Shown here in pieces: positions 19,260-23,455 of a stretch of 23,455 nucleotides of DNA. Position 1 is the first letter of the stretch; each line of letters starts with the position of its first letter. Both the position numbers and the translations under genes were made by a program. The stretch lies in NCBI GenBank assembly GCA_019058165.1, contig JAHLVZ010000037.1:1-23455 (forward strand). The letters run 5' to 3'. The DNA comes from Candidatus Heimdallarchaeota archaeon. Its GTDB lineage: Archaea > Asgardarchaeota > Heimdallarchaeia > JABLTI01. The notes under the pieces were generated by a model. The model saw only the letters and a list, made by a program, of their open reading frames with translations. It did not search any database and had not been told where the DNA came from.

Positions 19260-19316
19260 TATTAAATTATTTCAATCAAAAACCATAAAGATAACTAAGG
19301 AGGTTATGACAAAGAT

Positions 19317-20126
19317 TTGTCAATCATAAAAACATTGTTTGATCAAATCACATTGAATGCAGAATTATTATTATGGGAAGAGTGGATAAGAGGATTCTGT
19401 ATCGGATTTTTAATATTTGGTGTAATCGTTGTCTTACTTGTTTTTGTAACCATGGGTATTAGTGCTGGTCATAGTTTATCACATGAAACAGATTTATCTG
19501 TGGACAAAGATATTTCCATGGACAAAGATTTCTCATTAGATAAGGATATTACAGTTGATAAAGATCTAAGTATAGACAAGGATATTTCTGGAGCTCCTGA
19601 GCTCGGGATTGAAACACCTGATCATGTTTTCGGAAAATTCAGCACTGATAAGAGTACTGCAGCTCCATTATTACTAATAGTCGCAGTTTTTTCTATAACA
19701 TTCGGTGGTCTCGGTTTGCTTTTATTCTGGCAAGAACCAGATATGAACAAATATGGTCGAATTGCGGTTATTATTCTAGCACCGATTTTACTATCATTTA
19801 TTGTAGACAGAATTTGGAAAAAAGTAGCTGTATCAGAAACCTATAGGTTACCAACTAATAAGGACTTTTTAGGCAGAGAAGCTGTTGTCCTAGTAAAAGT
19901 TGATTCTAATGGTGGTACAATTCGAGTAGAAATCCCAGACCAACTTGAACCACTTAAAGTTCCAGCAAAAACTGCACACAAACATGAAGAGTTCTTACAA
20001 GATGAACTTGTATTCATTGTTGGTGTTGAAAGGAATTTTTACTTGGTAGATAATTCAAGAGATCTACTCACAGGTAAAAAACAGCTATTCGAAGATAACG
20101 ATGTTACTATTGATAATGAGGAATAA
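19317..20126 (+). CDS. NfeD-like membrane protein (SPFH partner) with C-terminal OB-fold domain
   Basis: N-terminal TM helix, a repeat-containing loop, two further TM helices, then the NfeD-type beta-barrel segment GREAVVLVKVDSNGGTIRVEIPDQLEPLKVPA. It sits directly downstream of the flotillin-like gene, which is the classic SPFH-NfeD pairing. The TTG start at 19317 has AAGGAGGT 14 nt upstream; an in-frame TTG at 19335 is an alternative start. Confidence 0.75.
   Translation: MSIIKTLFDQITLNAELLLWEEWIRGFCIGFLIFGVIVVLLVFVTMGISAGHSLSHETDLSVDKDISMDKDFSLDKDITVDKDLSIDKDISGAPELGIETPDHVFGKFSTDKSTAAPLLLIVAVFSITFGGLGLLLFWQEPDMNKYGRIAVIILAPILLSFIVDRIWKKVAVSETYRLPTNKDFLGREAVVLVKVDSNGGTIRVEIPDQLEPLKVPAKTAHKHEEFLQDELVFIVGVERNFYLVDNSRDLLTGKKQLFEDNDVTIDNEE
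19490..19591 (+). repeat. In-frame 18-bp tandem repeat (about 5.5 copies) encoding DKD-[ILF]-[ST]-x hexapeptides within the NfeD-like gene
   Basis: Five units: gacaaagatatttccatg, gacaaagatttctcatta, gataaggatattacagtt, gataaagatctaagtata, gacaaggatatttctgga, encoding DKDISM, DKDFSL, DKDITV, DKDLSI, DKDISG. They are preceded by a partial unit DLSV. The units differ at synonymous positions. Confidence 0.9.
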
Positions 20127-20130
20127 AACA

Positions 20131-21027
20131 CTAGAGTTTGAGTTTTTTCAAATGCTCTCGAAGCTCTGGTCCAATTTCCTCATCTTTCAAGCTAAAATCA
20201 ACAAATGCTTTTGCGTATAAGGAGAATGAACCTGTATCATATCTTCGTTCACTTTCTGCTAATTGTAATGCAGCAATTTGTCCTGTTTCTCGAGAAAGAC
20301 GAATTGCATCAGTTAATTGTTTTTCTCCACCCTTTCCTACAGCGACTTTTTCAATGTAATCAAAAATTTCAGGATTGAAAACATATCGACCACAAATAGC
20401 CAAGTTGCTGGGTGCTTCCTCTTGTGAGGGTTTCTCAATTAAGTCTTTTACGAGGTACTTGTCATTGAATGCTTTAGGAGTGGGTTTTCCCTTGAATTCC
20501 TCTATGTCCATTATACCGTATCGATTACATTGTTCAATTGGAATACGTTCTGCTGAAAGAGTACACAAAGCGTTTGCTTCGTTATGGAAATCTATCAAAC
20601 GGGATAGGTGTATTGGTTTATTCAATGAATCAATTATTGTATCCCCAAGTGCAACAACGAATTCTTCGTCATTTACAAACTCTTTAGCCTTATACACTGC
20701 ATCCGCTAAACCAGTTGGTACTGCTTGCCTTACATAGAAAATATGTATGTTCAAGTTTTCAAGAGCTTCCAAATCCCTGATCTGAACTACTTTGTTCTTT
20801 TGTTTAAGATCTGCTAATAAAATTGGATCTTTATCAAAGTGATCTTCGATTGCTCGTTTGTTTTTCCCTGTAATAATTAAAATATCTCGAATTCCAGCTT
20901 GTTCTAGTTCTTCAACTATATATTGAATTACAGGTTTTTTTGCAACCGGAAGCATTTCTTTAGGTTGGGATTTTGTTGCTGGGAGCATTCTTGTTCCTAG
21001 CCCAGCTGCAGTGATAACTCCTTTCAT
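20131..21027 (-). CDS. galU: UTP--glucose-1-phosphate uridylyltransferase-like sugar nucleotidyltransferase
   Basis: MKGVITAAGLGTRMLPATKSQPKEMLPVAKKPVIQYIVEE is a close match to the GalU/NTP-transferase N-terminal signature (G.G.R..P.TK..PKEMLP). 298 aa. Confidence 0.85.
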   Translation of the reverse strand: MKGVITAAGLGTRMLPATKSQPKEMLPVAKKPVIQYIVEELEQAGIRDILIITGKNKRAIEDHFDKDPILLADLKQKNKVVQIRDLEALENLNIHIFYVRQAVPTGLADAVYKAKEFVNDEEFVVALGDTIIDSLNKPIHLSRLIDFHNEANALCTLSAERIPIEQCNRYGIMDIEEFKGKPTPKAFNDKYLVKDLIEKPSQEEAPSNLAICGRYVFNPEIFDYIEKVAVGKGGEKQLTDAIRLSRETGQIAALQLAESERRYDTGSFSLYAKAFVDFSLKDEEIGPELREHLKKLKL

Positions 21028-21066
21028 CTTGTTGCCACATTCATTTTATGACTTAGATTATTTTCC

Positions 21067-21075
21067 TTATAAATA
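21067..21075 (-). promoter_or_regulatory. Candidate TATA box for galU
   Basis: The minus-strand sequence reads GCTATTTATAAGG about 40 nt upstream of the galU ATG. It sits just downstream, in the minus sense, of the T-tracts that follow atpB. Confidence 0.3.
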
Positions 21076-21130
21076 GCTAAAAAATGAAATATAAAAAAAG
21101 TTGTGGAAGAAACTAGTAACGTCGGTAGAT

Positions 21131-22591
21131 TTAGACATCTCTAGAATCAAAATCAACTTTTTCATCACGATTCTTTGGATGGAAGAATTCGAGAATTTCG
21201 TCTGAAATACGTTTCAATTCACGTTTAGGATTGGGGAACATTTTTAGTAATTCCCAACCAATATCAAGTGATTCAAAAATCGTACGATTTTCATCTCGTC
21301 CTTGTTTTATGAATTGATTCTCAAAGTCATCTGAAAATTTCAAAAATCGGTGATCTTCCTCAGTAAGAGATTCTTCACCAACGACTGCAACGAGATTCCG
21401 AAGATCGATACCTCGAGCGTAAGCATAGTATAATTGATCTGCTAATTCTTTATGATCTCTACGAGTTAAGCCTTTGCCAATTCCTTCTTTCATAAGTCGA
21501 CTTAAGGAAGGACCAATATTTATTGGAGGATAGATACCTCGACGATGCAAACCTCGATCTAAAAGAACTTGTCCCTCAGTGATATAACCAGATAAATCTG
21601 GGACAGGATGGGTCATATCATCGTTTGGCATTGAAAGAATAGGCATCTGAGTAATAGATCCCTTTCTTCCTCTAATACGACCAGCTCGTTCGTAGATTGA
21701 AGCTAAATCAGAATAGAGATAACCAGGATATCCTCTTCGTCCTGGTACTTCTTCTCGTGCTGCACCGATTTCTCGAAGTGATTCTGCATAATTGGTTATG
21801 TCTGTAAGAATTACTAGTAAGTGCATATCACATTCATATGCAAGATATTCTGCTGCAGTTAAAGCAAGTCTTGGTGTGATGATTCGTTCAATTGCTGGAT
21901 CATCTGCCAAATTCAAGAAAAGGACAACTCTATCTAAAGCACCACTTTTTTCGAATTCGTTTCTAAAATATTGTGCTTCTTCAGCTGTAATACCCATTGC
22001 AGCAAATACTACCGCAAAATCTTCTTCTTGACCTAAAACTGCTGCTTGTCTAGCAATTTGTGCTGCTACTTCGTTATGTGGTAATCCACTCGCTGAAAAG
22101 ATTGGGAGTTTCTGACCACGAATAAGAGTAAATAAACCATCTAAGGTGGATAATCCAGTTTGAATGAATTCTCTTGGATATTGTCTAGCAAAAGGATTTA
22201 TTGGTGACCCGGAAATTGGCCACTCTTCTTTAGCAATAATTTCTGGTTGATTATCGATAGGTTCTCCTCTGCCATTAAAGATTCTACCTAGTAGATCATC
22301 AGAAACTGGTAATTTCATAGTTTCACCAAGAAATTGTACTGTGGTTTCTTCTACGTCCATTCCTGAGGTTCCTTCAAAAAGTTGGACAACAGCAAGATCT
22401 CTTGAGACCTCCAAGATTTGTCCAGAGCGTATTTCGCCACTTGGCAATTTAATCTTCGCGATTTCTCCGTAAGATACCCCACCTCGTCCTTGTAAATCAA
22501 CAAATAATAAAGGACCGGTGACTTCTGTTGCAGTTTTGAATACTCTTTTTGATAATGTTTCGGAAGTAATTTTTTGTGGTGTTTCAGTCAT
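21131..22591 (-). CDS. atpB: A/V-type ATP synthase subunit B
   Basis: [16 protein letters not shown]-terminal beta-barrel. [44 protein letters not shown] signature. The ATG at 22591 has AGGAG about 10 nt upstream. The track's upstream ATG at 22612 overlaps the atpA stop (ATGAGTAG) and is an alternative start. Confidence 0.95.
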   Translation of the reverse strand: MTETPQKITSETLSKRVFKTATEVTGPLLFVDLQGRGGVSYGEIAKIKLPSGEIRSGQILEVSRDLAVVQLFEGTSGMDVEETTVQFLGETMKLPVSDDLLGRIFNGRGEPIDNQPEIIAKEEWPISGSPINPFARQYPREFIQTGLSTLDGLFTLIRGQKLPIFSASGLPHNEVAAQIARQAAVLGQEEDFAVVFAAMGITAEEAQYFRNEFEKSGALDRVVLFLNLADDPAIERIITPRLALTAAEYLAYECDMHLLVILTDITNYAESLREIGAAREEVPGRRGYPGYLYSDLASIYERAGRIRGRKGSITQMPILSMPNDDMTHPVPDLSGYITEGQVLLDRGLHRRGIYPPINIGPSLSRLMKEGIGKGLTRRDHKELADQLYYAYARGIDLRNLVAVVGEESLTEEDHRFLKFSDDFENQFIKQGRDENRTIFESLDIGWELLKMFPNPKRELKRISDEILEFFHPKNRDEKVDFDSRDV

Positions 22592-22604
22592 CTTTTTCTT
22601 ACTC

Positions 22605-23455
22605 CTACTCATCTTTCATGCTGGGCATCATTCGTCCACTTACTCGATCCACAACATCTTCTGATTGCAAGGCAGCAATTTCTGCAAGAATTCCTTTCAT
22701 GTCTTTTTCAGCATTATCATTTGGAATATATTTCAATCTAGCAATCTTATCAATGATGGGTAAATTCATCATTTCAGGAAGCTTTACTCCTTGATTGTAC
22801 AATTCACTCATTTTGTGATAGAAATCAATGATAATCTTCAGCATTAACCATTGTTTTAGCATGGTGGAAAAACTATCAACATCACTAAATGCGTTTTGCT
22901 GTAAGAAATCTTCCTTCAACATTCTTGCTGATTCTAGTATGATTTTCTCAGATTCAGGTAATGCTTCAGGACCAACTAACTGTACAATGTCTTCTAACTC
23001 CTTGTCTTTTTGTAAGAGACTCATTGCTTCAGAACGATAAGACATGAAGGCTGGGTCGACATTCTCAACAAACCAAGGAGTCAATTCATTTGTATAAAGA
23101 GTATAAGATACCAAGTAATCAATTGCTGGGAAGTGCCTTCTCGCTGCTAAATCTTTGCTCAGAGCCCAAAAAACTTTGGTGATTCGAAGAGTGTTTTGTG
23201 TAACTGGTTCAGAAAAATCTCCACCAGGAGGACTAACTGCCCCGGTTATTGAAATTGATCCTTGTCGTTCTTCGGTACTTAGAGTTTTAACTCTGCCAGC
23301 TCGTTCATAGAATTGGGCAATTTTGCTTGCTAAGTAAGCAGGATAACCAGCTTCTCCAGGCATTTCTTCTAATCTACCAGAAATTTCCCTCATAGCTTCT
23401 GCCCAACGAGAAGTGCTGTCAGCCATTAAGGCTACATCATAACCCATGTCACGGT
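22605..23455 (-). CDS. atpA: A/V-type ATP synthase catalytic subunit A (C-terminal ~283 aa; N-terminus beyond window end)
   Basis: Matches the conserved C-terminal half of the A subunit: [51 protein letters not shown]...[32 protein letters not shown]. The ORF is open to the window edge. Confidence 0.95.
   Translation of the reverse strand, partial: RDMGYDVALMADSTSRWAEAMREISGRLEEMPGEAGYPAYLASKIAQFYERAGRVKTLSTEERQGSISITGAVSPPGGDFSEPVTQNTLRITKVFWALSKDLAARRHFPAIDYLVSYTLYTNELTPWFVENVDPAFMSYRSEAMSLLQKDKELEDIVQLVGPEALPESEKIILESARMLKEDFLQQNAFSDVDSFSTMLKQWLMLKIIIDFYHKMSELYNQGVKLPEMMNLPIIDKIARLKYIPNDNAEKDMKGILAEIAALQSEDVVDRVSGRMMPSMKDE

Noticed and set aside
19304-19327. ATG at 19304 as the NfeD start (better SD spacing after AAGGAGGT)
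   Set aside because: It is out of frame with the NfeD ORF and hits a stop after 7 codons (MTKICQS*). The in-frame TTG at 19317 or 19335 must be used.

Overview
This is an AT-rich archaeal chromosomal window, coding on both strands, and Shine-Dalgarno-like GGAGG sites precede several starts (for example the TldE and NfeD genes). The archaeal assignment rests on three things: A/V-type ATP synthase subunits A, B, C and K, a class III (type IV pilin-like) signal peptide protein, and a RIO2 kinase. Most genes are housekeeping: a class I/II aminotransferase (partial), a TrpB/cysteine-synthase-fold PLP enzyme, a QueG-like 2x[4Fe-4S] protein, a TldD/TldE (PmbA) metalloprotease pair, CTP synthase, an ArsR regulator, RIO2 kinase, a PAP2 membrane phosphatase, an HdrD/GlcF-like CCG-domain Fe-S protein, a DUF389 membrane protein, and a GalU-like nucleotidyltransferase. 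The less ordinary part is a small cell-envelope neighbourhood at roughly 15.6-20.1 kb. It holds an uncharacterised 265-aa protein, then two tandem paralogous class-III-signal-peptide pilin-like genes, the second of which is frameshifted. Next comes an SPFH/flotillin-like gene, and then an NfeD-like gene that carries an 18-bp coding repeat encoding five DKD-x-S/T-x hexapeptides. A 126-bp spacer between the flotillin and NfeD genes contains three consecutive hairpins, two of which can pair in mutually exclusive ways. The A/V-ATPase genes are dispersed and in non-canonical order: A-B is followed by galU rather than D, and C-K lie about 19 kb away with C before K. I found no rRNA, tRNA, CRISPR array or obvious transposase. 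All functional calls come from reading motifs in the supplied translations; I could run no searches.
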